Source: an uncultured Thermoplasmatales archaeon (GTDB lineage: Archaea; Thermoplasmatota; E2; DHVEG-1). From it: a stretch of 64,000 nucleotides of DNA. Where the stretch lies: NCBI GenBank assembly GCA_964527715.1, contig CAZGOD010000006.1:8060-72059 (forward strand). Direction: 5' to 3'. This document shows, in pieces, positions 41,895-50,947 of this stretch (positions are counted from its first letter, which is position 1; every line of letters starts with the position of its first letter). The translations under genes were made by a program, and so were the position numbers. The notes beneath the pieces were generated by a model that was not told where the DNA came from, searched no databases, and saw only the letters and a list, made by a program, of their open reading frames with translations.

Positions 41895-42436
41895 GTTATG
41901 CTGAAGACATCGAAATAATTGAAAAATATCTAATCTTACTACTTGGGGTAGTAGATAGACCAATTCCATCAAAAATCCATTTACAAAAAGAATTATTTTT
42001 ATTGTCTAAAGCCAATCCGAAAATTGCAGATTTTATTGACTATGAAAAACATTACAAAGGCCCCTACTCTGCTGAATTAGATGATGTTTCTAAAGAACCA
42101 TTGTTCTATACAAATGCATTTGAGTTTGATAAATATCAAAGACTTTTTTTAACTTCTGAAGGAAAAAAAATATTCAATAAAATAATTGAAGAAAATTCAG
42201 ATAACACGAAATTCAAGGAGTTATTAAAATTAATTAAGATGACTCGTGAACTTTACGATAAATTAAGCAAGAATGAATTGTTATTTTTAGTATATGCAAC
42301 TTATAATGATTATACGGAAAAATCTGATATATCTGAGCATCTCCTTTCAAAAATTAGTCGAAAAAAATTTTCAAAGAAATTACTTGAAAAAGGACTAATA
42401 TCTGAGAGAAGAGCAAAAGAACTGGTAGGAGCATAA
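41891..42436 (+). CDS. Panacea (DUF4065) domain protein, putative PanA-type antitoxin
   Basis: IHLQKELFLLSKA and YEKHYKGPYSAEL match the two conserved Panacea blocks (..KLQKLLYY.. and F.AW..GPV.P.LY). Confidence 0.6.
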   Translation: MSYAEDIEIIEKYLILLLGVVDRPIPSKIHLQKELFLLSKANPKIADFIDYEKHYKGPYSAELDDVSKEPLFYTNAFEFDKYQRLFLTSEGKKIFNKIIEENSDNTKFKELLKLIKMTRELYDKLSKNELLFLVYATYNDYTEKSDISEHLLSKISRKKFSKKLLEKGLISERRAKELVGA

Positions 42437-42981
42437 TGTACACATATTCACTGATACCTGATAGTACATTCTTTATTTGTTATCTTGATGACATTGAAAA
42501 ACCTGAATATTTAAAGAAAATAATTAAAAACAATAAATTTAATATTTTTATAGGTCAGATCATCAACAATGAAATTAAAAAATCCAACAATTACAAATCA
42601 TTGGAAAAAGACTTCGGATCTAAAATAAAAATATTTGAATATTACCAATATGGTGAAATTCTTCGACCATTATTTTCGAGAGAAGAGATTATAAAAGGAG
42701 AACATGAGGTTATTGTAATTGCATTTATTTTATTTTCAGAAGATGAAAAATTTATTGCCATTTTAGATGATATAGCTCCAAGGAAATTTATTAAAAACAA
42801 TTTTCCTCAAATATATGAATCTATAGAATGGACTGTGGGATTTACAAAAAATTGTTATTATAAACATAAAATTTTTTCAAAAGAGGAAACATTAATTATT
42901 TTAGAATTGATACAAAATTCTAAGTTCAGAATAGATCCTGAAGTAATCTGTGGATTAATATATGAGGTAAGGTGTAGTTGA
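42436..42981 (+). CDS. uncharacterised 181-aa protein overlapping the Panacea gene (candidate toxin, possibly PIN-like)
   Basis: Start ATG overlaps the Panacea gene stop (TAATG). Acidic residues (D9, E, DD) spaced loosely like a PIN fold. No confident family assignment. Confidence 0.3.
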   Translation: MYTYSLIPDSTFFICYLDDIEKPEYLKKIIKNNKFNIFIGQIINNEIKKSNNYKSLEKDFGSKIKIFEYYQYGEILRPLFSREEIIKGEHEVIVIAFILFSEDEKFIAILDDIAPRKFIKNNFPQIYESIEWTVGFTKNCYYKHKIFSKEETLIILELIQNSKFRIDPEVICGLIYEVRCS

Positions 42982-42982
42982 T

Positions 42983-44197
42983 TTGGGAAAAAATATACCT
43001 GTAAAAGAGTCGATAAGAGATAAAGACTCAGAGTATAATATTAAGAGATTTAAATTTGGCCATATAGATGTTGAAAGACCAATAAAAGTATTAGATGCGG
43101 GTAGCGGAAAAATAAACAAAAAAATATTTGAAGGACAGAAAAAAAACTTTGAAAATGTTATTTTCGAATCTTCAAAATTTTTAAAACCAGATTCAATAAA
43201 AAAAGTCTTAGAAGAATCTGATGATTCAACAATAAAAAAACGAATGGGATTAAGAGAGTGGATAACCGAATATCCATATACTATAACTCATACTTTTGAT
43301 TTTAATCCGTATGATTATTTTAAAAATTTAGAAAAAATTGCAGGCTATTTTTATTACTATTATCAATTTTCAGATACCATACTTTTAGTTCCAAACATTA
43401 AACTGGAAAAGGAAGGAAAACAAATTATTTCAATCGAAGAATATCTTAGATATATTGAAGAAGCTTATTCAATATTAAATCGTAAAAATCATAAAAAAAT
43501 ATTTGTCCCTCTATCTTTGAGATTTGGTATGAACGACATAGAAAATCTTGCAAGGAAATATGAAAAAAATGATTTTTTTAATATTTGGATAGATTTTGAA
43601 GGTAGTTCTGTAGGCAGTAGAACAAAGATAGCCAGAATAAGAAGATTTTTTTCTGTTTTTGATGAATTGGAAAAAGTTGATGATATTATTACTTATTCAA
43701 CTAATATGAGACGTGAAATAACTTCCAATACTAAAAGTAATGAAAGTCCCTCATCAGATGTTTTAACATCTGTTATTGGCGCTAATATTATTGGAGTTAA
43801 TAGAGAACCTCAGGGGTTTGGAGAAAAAATAGATAAAAATCTTCCTGAAGAAGAAATACAAAAGATAAAAGAAAAGAGAAAAAAGAAAATGGAAGAGATG
43901 AAAAAACATAAAGCAAGATATTTTGATCCTGAATCATATTATTATTATAAAATCATTAATTCAAAGTTAAAACAAGAAGAGAAAAATAGACTCATGAACA
44001 TGCAACAAAATATCGTAAATAACTCTTTTTTACTTGATAATGAATTTAATTCTCAAGCTGAACATTTTCTTGAAAAAGGTGATTATTCAATAAAGAAATA
44101 TATCTGTGATAAATCGATGATAAAGGAATATAAGAAGGGTTATTTAATCGATGATTTGTTTGGAGAAAAATCTAAAAAGAAACTTAATTGGTTTTAA
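42983..44197 (+). CDS. uncharacterised 404-aa protein (third gene of the Panacea operon)
   Basis: Begins 2 nt after the preceding stop. No P-loop, no Cys cluster, no recognisable catalytic motif. Lys/Glu-rich linker in the middle. Confidence 0.3.
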   Translation: MGKNIPVKESIRDKDSEYNIKRFKFGHIDVERPIKVLDAGSGKINKKIFEGQKKNFENVIFESSKFLKPDSIKKVLEESDDSTIKKRMGLREWITEYPYTITHTFDFNPYDYFKNLEKIAGYFYYYYQFSDTILLVPNIKLEKEGKQIISIEEYLRYIEEAYSILNRKNHKKIFVPLSLRFGMNDIENLARKYEKNDFFNIWIDFEGSSVGSRTKIARIRRFFSVFDELEKVDDIITYSTNMRREITSNTKSNESPSSDVLTSVIGANIIGVNREPQGFGEKIDKNLPEEEIQKIKEKRKKKMEEMKKHKARYFDPESYYYYKIINSKLKQEEKNRLMNMQQNIVNNSFLLDNEFNSQAEHFLEKGDYSIKKYICDKSMIKEYKKGYLIDDLFGEKSKKKLNWF

Positions 44198-44199
44198 TC

Positions 44200-44394
44200 T
44201 TATTTTTTTGTAATTGGTTTAACATTGATTACAAGTTCACCGTTTTCTGCTTTTAAAGTCCAATCAAGCTTGTCTCCTTCTTTAAGATTAAAATGACTCA
44301 TAATCCCTGCAGGAACGGTTGTTCTATAGGAGTTTACTATTGTTGAGGCTTTTGCAATAGTTGTTGTAAAACCCATATTTATCATAATGTGCAT
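44200..44394 (-). CDS. AbrB/MazE/SpoVT-family swapped-hairpin DNA-binding protein
   Basis: TTVPAGIMSHFNLKEGDKLDW matches the AbrB/SpoVT looped-hinge-helix consensus. 64 aa. Confidence 0.55.
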   Translation of the reverse strand: MHIMINMGFTTTIAKASTIVNSYRTTVPAGIMSHFNLKEGDKLDWTLKAENGELVINVKPITKK

Positions 44395-44647
44395 GTTATT
44401 TGTTGTATATATTTCTTACTACTTTTTATACTATCTTCTATCCTACCTAAAAGTTTATATACTAAGATGCATTTACCCTTATAAAGGTAGATTAAAAGGT
44501 AGTAAATAAACAAAAGAAATATAAAACAAATATTTGCTGCACCCCCTCTTGATGGAGGGATAATCCAATTACATCAATAAGTTTATTAAAAGCCACCTGC
44601 AGCAAACTACCTTAGATACCTACTTAGAGTTAAATGGAAAAGGTAGT

Positions 44648-45658
44648 ATGGAAAATATTTCTCCAGAAGACCCAATAATAAAAATTTCATACCCTCAAGA
44701 CTGGGTTTCATACAACAGTGCACAAACCCAAGAGAAAATTCTATTTTTAGAATTATTATATGAAATAACCTCCCAAGTACCACAACCAAAATACAAAGGA
44801 AATGGTCGCCCACCTGCAAATATTGGAGAAATGATTTTTTCATGTTGCTTAAAACATTATCTTGATTTTAGCAGTAGGCGAAGCCAATCAGATATTAAAT
44901 TAGCACAACAACTTGGATATTTAGATCATGCTCCACATTTCAACACCGTTTTAAAATATCTCAGAAAACCTGAATTAAAATTAATATTAACCAAATTGAT
45001 TCAAATATCTGCCTTACCTCTAAAAGAAATCGAGCAAGATTTCGCATCAGATGCATCTGGATTTAGTACTGTTATGACCTTTGCTTGGAATAAATGCAAC
45101 AGAAGCCACTTTGATAGGAAGAAATTCAAAAAAGCTCATGTAATGTGCGGTGTTAAAACCAATGTTATAACCCATATTGAAGTTACTGATGGTTATGTTC
45201 ACGATACTTTGATGTTCGAAAATTTAGTTAAAAAAACTGCAATAAATTTTGATATGAGAGAGGTTAGTGCAGATAAAGGATATTCAACTGAGAAGAATTT
45301 AGATATAGTTACTAAACATGGTGCCATCCCTTTTATTGTTTTTAAAAAGAATGCAAGAATATCAGAAGATAAAATGTTAATTTGGAGAATAATGCTTAGA
45401 TATTTTAAGAACCATAAAGAAGATTTTATGGAGCATTATCATAAACGCTCAAACGTTGAAACTGTTTTTAGTATGATGAAACGAAAATTTGGTTCTCATG
45501 TTAGAGCTAAAAACTCTATCGCTCAAGAAAATGAAGTTTTATGTAAGGCTCTTTGTCATAACATTGTTGTCCTTATTCATGAGATGTTTGAGCTCGGAAT
45601 TACTTTAGATCTATCAAAATTGATGGAACAGGAGTTTATGTGCAAAATTAAAGAGTAA
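44648..45658 (+). CDS. IS5-family DDE transposase
   Basis: GNGRPP motif and a D..D..E triad context (ASDASGF, SADKGYS, NVETVFSMMKRKFG) typical of DDE_Tnp_1/IS5-group transposases. Confidence 0.85.
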   Translation: MENISPEDPIIKISYPQDWVSYNSAQTQEKILFLELLYEITSQVPQPKYKGNGRPPANIGEMIFSCCLKHYLDFSSRRSQSDIKLAQQLGYLDHAPHFNTVLKYLRKPELKLILTKLIQISALPLKEIEQDFASDASGFSTVMTFAWNKCNRSHFDRKKFKKAHVMCGVKTNVITHIEVTDGYVHDTLMFENLVKKTAINFDMREVSADKGYSTEKNLDIVTKHGAIPFIVFKKNARISEDKMLIWRIMLRYFKNHKEDFMEHYHKRSNVETVFSMMKRKFGSHVRAKNSIAQENEVLCKALCHNIVVLIHEMFELGITLDLSKLMEQEFMCKIKE

Positions 45659-45692
45659 ATACTTTATGTGCAAAGCCCTTTTTTAATATATT

Positions 45693-46520
45693 TTATCCTT
45701 CTTGAACAGGGGAACGCCAATCAAGACCCAGAGTCCTCAGACCAATTTTTGGAATCAAAGGAGACCTACGTTTATGTTGGCTTGTTACACGCATCTTTTT
45801 AACACGATCAACATCAGACTTATCTAAACCAACAATCTCAGCTATATCACTTATTTCCATCTTTTGTTCTAAACCCACTAAAATCTTATCAAGAACACTA
45901 TAACTAAGTCGTAGTTCTTTCTCATCAGTTTGATCTTTCCACAAGCCTGCAGTAGGAGGCTTCGAAACAATCTCCTTAGGGATTTTCAAATACTTAGCAA
46001 GTTCCAAAACCTGAGTCTTGTAAAGATCACCAAGGGGCTGAATATCAACACCACCGTCACCATATTTTGTGAAATAACCAATCAACAACTCAGATTTATT
46101 GGAGGTACCACAAACAAGACTACGTGTCATATTCGCATATTCAAAAAGAAGTATCATCCTAGCCCGGGCTTTAATATTCGCAAGTGCGTACTTATCTGGC
46201 TTAACAACACATTGCTTAGTTATCTGTTGCACAATAGGAGCGATATTCTTTCGTTCACAGAATAAACCAAATTTTTTCACAATGAGTCCATGATGTTCAA
46301 AATCCAACTTTGGAGTGGTTTCATCTGGTAGAAAAACACATCTAGTACTCTCCTTACCGAGAGCCTTTTTACATAGAAATGCGGTAACCGCTGAGTCAAC
46401 TCCACCAGAAAGACCTATAACAACACTTTTACAACCTGAATTTTTCACATAAATCTTTATGAAATCCTCTATAACCGTTGTAACCTCTTCAGGGTTTATT
46501 GATAGGTTAATATCCAACAC
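45693..46520 (-). CDS. nadE: NH3-dependent NAD+ synthetase
   Basis: PP-loop SGGVDSAV. 275 aa. Confidence 0.85.
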   Translation of the reverse strand: MLDINLSINPEEVTTVIEDFIKIYVKNSGCKSVVIGLSGGVDSAVTAFLCKKALGKESTRCVFLPDETTPKLDFEHHGLIVKKFGLFCERKNIAPIVQQITKQCVVKPDKYALANIKARARMILLFEYANMTRSLVCGTSNKSELLIGYFTKYGDGGVDIQPLGDLYKTQVLELAKYLKIPKEIVSKPPTAGLWKDQTDEKELRLSYSVLDKILVGLEQKMEISDIAEIVGLDKSDVDRVKKMRVTSQHKRRSPLIPKIGLRTLGLDWRSPVQEG

Positions 46521-46523
46521 ATA

Positions 46524-47069
46524 TCACCCTTTCTTAAGATGCTCATATATGGATTTCCCATGTGAATCCATCGCTACGACAAGTGGTCCGAATTCTTTAA
46601 CTTTGAATACCCAAACTGCTTCAGGCATGCCAAGCTTATCTAGCCAATACACTCCTTCTACTTTTTCTACTTTGTCAGCGGCGAGGGCGCCAGCACCACC
46701 AGTATAAGATGTATACACACATATATATTTTTGTAATGCTTTCTTAGTTCTCCCCCCCATACCACCTTTACCGATGATAATATTTGTACTAAATTTCTCA
46801 AGGAATTTATCCTCAAAAATCTCCATCCTGCTACTAGTCGTTGGACCTGCAGATACAACTTGCCATTTACCATTTTCCTCTTTCATTAAAGGACCACAAT
46901 GATATAATGCCATCTCAGATGGATCAAATGGAATCTCCTCTTTTTCAAGCATCATATGATGAGCTTCATCACGAGCAGTAAACATCTTACCAGTGACATA
47001 CAATATGTCACCAACCTCCAATTTTTTAATTTCATCTTTATCAGCCGGGATGTTTATGTGATACTCCAC
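46524..47069 (-). CDS. fumB: class I fumarate hydratase (Fe-S hydro-lyase), beta subunit
   Basis: Tartrate/fumarate hydro-lyase beta-type swivel domain (GKGGMGGRT). About 180 aa. Confidence 0.75.
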   Translation of the reverse strand: MEYHINIPADKDEIKKLEVGDILYVTGKMFTARDEAHHMMLEKEEIPFDPSEMALYHCGPLMKEENGKWQVVSAGPTTSSRMEIFEDKFLEKFSTNIIIGKGGMGGRTKKALQKYICVYTSYTGGAGALAADKVEKVEGVYWLDKLGMPEAVWVFKVKEFGPLVVAMDSHGKSIYEHLKKG

Positions 47070-47930
47070 TCATTTCACCTCCCAGCTACCATCGCTATGA
47101 ATAACCATTTTCGCCCGGCGATCAGCCCAACACTGAACCGCGATACCCACCGGGAGACTAGCCGGGTGACGATGAGCCTTTTCAACATGAACATCTAAAA
47201 CCGTAGTCTTCCCACCAAGACCCATAGGACCAATACCACTAGCATTAATACGTTTAATCAATTCCTCCTCAACAGCAGCAATATTTTTATCCTTGTGACG
47301 ATCATCAACAGGTCTTAGAAGAGCTCGTTTACCAAGTTTCAAAGAAAGATCAGCACCACCACCAATACCCACACCAACAACAGTAGGTGGGCATGGGTTA
47401 CCAGCAGACTTTATCATCTCTTCAACTACAAAATCCTTAACACCCTCAATGCCAACACCGGGTTTCAACATACCAAGTTTACTCATGTTTTCGCTACCAC
47501 CACCCTTAGGCAACGCAGTAATATGAACATCATTTCCATCAACGAAATCCCAAGTAATATATGGCAGGTGATCACCTGTGTTGTCCTTATGATTCTCACC
47601 AGTGAACGGGTCAACCGTATTGGGACGAAGAGGAACCTCTAGAGTAGCCTTTTTCACAGCATTATTCATTAAATCCTTAAGTCGATTAATGAAGGAGAAA
47701 TCTATACCTACTTCTATAAAAAAAGTTTGAATACCAGTATCTTGACACATAGGTCTACCTGATTTTTTGGCAAGATCGATATTTTTCAAAATAGCATCAA
47801 TCTGAGTTTTTGCAACACCATCTTCGATTTCATAAGCATGTTCTAGTGACTTTACTACATCATCTGGTAACTCAGTTTCTGCTTTTCTGATGAGTTCAAC
47901 TATGCCATCTTCAATGTTTTTGAGATTCAT
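47070..47930 (-). CDS. fumA: class I fumarate hydratase (Fe-S hydro-lyase), alpha subunit
   Basis: Fe-S hydro-lyase alpha domain with Cys ligands (PMCQDTG). Start set at the internal MNLKNIED. Confidence 0.75.
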   Translation of the reverse strand: MNLKNIEDGIVELIRKAETELPDDVVKSLEHAYEIEDGVAKTQIDAILKNIDLAKKSGRPMCQDTGIQTFFIEVGIDFSFINRLKDLMNNAVKKATLEVPLRPNTVDPFTGENHKDNTGDHLPYITWDFVDGNDVHITALPKGGGSENMSKLGMLKPGVGIEGVKDFVVEEMIKSAGNPCPPTVVGVGIGGGADLSLKLGKRALLRPVDDRHKDKNIAAVEEELIKRINASGIGPMGLGGKTTVLDVHVEKAHRHPASLPVGIAVQCWADRRAKMVIHSDGSWEVK

Positions 47931-48051
47931 CTTGTATACCTCTTTCTTGAATTTAAAATTGATTTTTCCTCCCTTAATCTCGCGAGTAAAACAATTAGGC
48001 ATTATTTAACAGTTATCAAGAAAAAAGGAGAAAAAAAGAGATTTATTTGTT

Positions 48052-50007
48052 TTATTTTGCTTTACCGATTTCTTCTACAGCTTCAGGGTTGGCAAGAGTT
48101 GATATATCACCGACATCTTTGCCAAGGGCTTTTGAACGTATGACACGTCTCATGATTTTTCCACTACGCGTCTTTGGTACATCATTGACAAACCAGATTT
48201 CATCTGGGCGAGCGATTTTACCCATTTCATTGCCAACATGTTCACGTAGCTGTTTACGAAGATCATCATTAGGCGTAGTGTTCTTTTTCAAAACTACATA
48301 AGACGTTATTGATTCGCCTTTTAATGAGTGTGGTTTACCAATAACTGCTGCCTCTGCAACAAGTGGATGGCTAACTAACGCGGATTCTACTTCTGAGTTG
48401 CCGATACGGTGACCAGATACATTAAGAACGTCATCTGCTCGACCCTGTATCCAAAAGTAGCCTTCACTATCTTTACGTGTCACATCACCAGCGAGATATT
48501 GTCCTTCAAATTTGTCCCAATAAGTTTTTTGGTACCGCTCTGGGTTTTTATAGATGCCTCTTAGCATACCTGGCCATGGATGAGTCAAGACTAGGTTACC
48601 ACCAGCATTCTGCACGGGTTCCCCTTTGTCATTTAAAACATCAGCAAATAGACCGGGGAGTGGACGAGTTGCACTACCAGGTTTCAAAGGTGTAAGCGGA
48701 AGAGGCGATATAACGAAATGACCAGTCTCAGTTTGCCACCAGGTATCCATAATAGGGCAGTTCTCATCACCAATATGTTTGTAATACCATATCCATGCCT
48801 CAGGGTTAATTGGTTCACCAACAGACCCAAGAAGACGTAGTGTACTAAGATCATGTTTCTTAACCCAGTCCTCACCATATTTCATAAAAAATCGAATACT
48901 AGTTGGCGAAGTATACAATAATGTAACATTATATTTCTCAATAATCTCCCACCACCTATCAGGTTGTGGAAAATTTGGAGCACCCTCATAAAGTACAGAT
49001 GTCGCACCAAGAATCAACGGAGCGTACACAATATAGGAATGACCAGTAATCCAACCAATATCAGCAACACACCACCAAATATCAGTATCCTTCAAATCAA
49101 AAACCCATTTCAGAGTATAAGATGTTCCAACAGCGTAACCACCATGAGCATGAATAATACCCTTAGGCTTACCAGTAGTACCCGAAGTATATAGGAAAAA
49201 CAATGGATCATTGGCATCTAGTTTCTCAGTTTCACATTCCTTAGAAGCATCAAAAACAAGGTCATGCCACCAGACATCACGACCAGCATTCCATGGTACA
49301 CCATCACCGGTACGTTTAACAACAATACAATGTTTAACACTAGGTGCGTCTTCAAGAGCAACATCCGCTTGCTCCTTAAGATAAACCTTTCTACCACGTC
49401 GCCAGAAACCATCACAAGTAATAACAACTTTCGCCTCACAATCATTAACCCTATCACGAAAAGCTAAAGAACTAAAACCAGAGAACACAACAGAATGTAC
49501 CGCGCCAATCTTAGCACAAGCAAGCATAGCAATTGGAAGTTCAGAAATCATCGGCAGATAAATACCAACACGATCACCTTTTTTGACACCAAGTTTCTTC
49601 AAAGAATTAGCAAGTTTGTTAACCTCAATATAAAGATCATTAAAAGTCAGTTTTTTAACATCACCAGGCTCACCCTCAAAAATAAAAGCAACCTTATTCT
49701 TCCGCCAACTCTTAACATGTCTATCAAGTGCATCATGAACAATATTATACTTGGCACCTACAAACCATTTAACCCAAGGAACATCCCATTCAACAACTTT
49801 TTTATAAGGCTCGTACCACTCAACAAGATCTTTAGAGACTTCTCCCCAGAACCATTTCCAGTTCTCAGCTTTCTTGTAAAGCTCATCAACAGTTTTTATC
49901 CCCTGTTTGCCCATCCACTCCTTAACATTAGTCTGACTAACTAACTCATCTTTAGGTTTGAAAACACGTGTTTCATCCAGTAATACTGAAATATCTTCTC
50001 CAGCCAT
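48052..50007 (-). CDS. acs: acetyl-CoA synthetase (AMP-forming)
   Basis: [14 protein letters not shown]-binding motif. 651 aa. Acs-type N-terminal region. Confidence 0.95.
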   Translation of the reverse strand: MAGEDISVLLDETRVFKPKDELVSQTNVKEWMGKQGIKTVDELYKKAENWKWFWGEVSKDLVEWYEPYKKVVEWDVPWVKWFVGAKYNIVHDALDRHVKSWRKNKVAFIFEGEPGDVKKLTFNDLYIEVNKLANSLKKLGVKKGDRVGIYLPMISELPIAMLACAKIGAVHSVVFSGFSSLAFRDRVNDCEAKVVITCDGFWRRGRKVYLKEQADVALEDAPSVKHCIVVKRTGDGVPWNAGRDVWWHDLVFDASKECETEKLDANDPLFFLYTSGTTGKPKGIIHAHGGYAVGTSYTLKWVFDLKDTDIWWCVADIGWITGHSYIVYAPLILGATSVLYEGAPNFPQPDRWWEIIEKYNVTLLYTSPTSIRFFMKYGEDWVKKHDLSTLRLLGSVGEPINPEAWIWYYKHIGDENCPIMDTWWQTETGHFVISPLPLTPLKPGSATRPLPGLFADVLNDKGEPVQNAGGNLVLTHPWPGMLRGIYKNPERYQKTYWDKFEGQYLAGDVTRKDSEGYFWIQGRADDVLNVSGHRIGNSEVESALVSHPLVAEAAVIGKPHSLKGESITSYVVLKKNTTPNDDLRKQLREHVGNEMGKIARPDEIWFVNDVPKTRSGKIMRRVIRSKALGKDVGDISTLANPEAVEEIGKAK

Positions 50008-50062
50008 ACTTTTTTCACCTATTTATTTTTCATCGAGCTTGGTCTTTTAGATGGCTAATCAT

Positions 50063-50857
50063 CTAAATATCCTGAGGAAAAGCACCAGTCAACATTGCGT
50101 ACTGCTCAAAATCTTCAACGAAGTCGAATTCTTTATCCATTTCAGTATCAGGGATTTCCTTGGCTTTTTCAGATAGATGCTCTTTCTGACGTTTTATTAA
50201 ATCTGCAAGTGACGCGAATCTTTTTGCTTTGACAACTGGATAAAACGACGAAGAATCAACCCCATCCATTGTTCTAATTTTTTCTCTTAAGAAATTGTTC
50301 ACAGTTTGAGCAGAGTCAGCTGCAACGTTCACGACGATATCTTCATCGCCTAGAGAATATGATACATAGATTGGGAACAAATTGAAAGGATATCTATAAT
50401 TAAGTAAGTAGTTGTAGATGGTCTTGTAATTACGTGGGTGGGTAAAGATCCTTATAATAAACCGTTGAATATTCTCAGGTTTCTTCTTTGGAATTGGGAA
50501 AAACATTGGTTTCATGAGTGAAATTGTCTTCGTATGATGACATTCATCAAATTTTGAAAGAGTTTCTGTTAGAAAATGTGCAATGTTATCAGGATCTTTT
50601 ACATCAAATATAACGCCGACGTTCATCATTCCCTCTGCTTGAGTCGCATAAAGCGGCATAACCATTTCTGAGGATTCTTTTGCAATTACATTTTCTACAT
50701 AATTCCATACTTTATTTAGATCTGTTTTTGGAAACAATCTTACTATCATCATCATAGGCTTTTTCCTCCCCATAAAATCATATATTTGGGGTTGCCTGAA
50801 TATGCTGTTAGTATAAGAATTTTTGTACAATTTTACATGGACTCCATATAGAGGCAA
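50063..50857 (-). CDS. protein with two RAM/ACT-like (Lrp/AsnC C-terminal-like) domains, no HTH
   Basis: Two beta-alpha-beta-beta-alpha-beta-like repeats. The second ends ...REKIRTMDGVDSSSFYPVV, like Lrp/AsnC ligand-binding domains. Confidence 0.3.
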   Translation of the reverse strand: MPLYGVHVKLYKNSYTNSIFRQPQIYDFMGRKKPMMMIVRLFPKTDLNKVWNYVENVIAKESSEMVMPLYATQAEGMMNVGVIFDVKDPDNIAHFLTETLSKFDECHHTKTISLMKPMFFPIPKKKPENIQRFIIRIFTHPRNYKTIYNYLLNYRYPFNLFPIYVSYSLGDEDIVVNVAADSAQTVNNFLREKIRTMDGVDSSSFYPVVKAKRFASLADLIKRQKEHLSEKAKEIPDTEMDKEFDFVEDFEQYAMLTGAFPQDI

Positions 50858-50947
50858 AAGGCATTGCTTTTACAAATAATTTAAGTATTAAGCCTATATT
50901 ACCGTGATTACCCTATATCTATCGATTAACGGGGAGGTTTTATTCAA

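Larger units (their letters stand above)
37415..45677. mobile_element. candidate 8.26-kb IS-bounded cargo element (defence island)
   Basis: GGCTTTGCACA at 37415-37425 and its reverse complement TGTGCAAAGCC at 45667-45677. TTTTTTAA immediately outside both ends (37407-37414 and 45679-45686), a possible 8-bp target-site duplication. IS5-family transposase sits at the right end. The whole segment looks markedly AT-richer than its flanks. Confidence 0.45.

Noticed and set aside
44395-44647. Expected left inverted repeat and target-site duplication of the IS5-family element directly upstream of the transposase
   Set aside because: Scanned for TTTGCACA / TGTGCAAA-like sequence and found none. Only a weak TTTGCTGCAC resemblance at about 44530. 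Hence the proposal that the functional left end is the distal copy at 37415.
48047-49944. Short plus-strand ORFs inside the acs region
   Set aside because: Antisense to a strongly supported acs gene on the minus strand.
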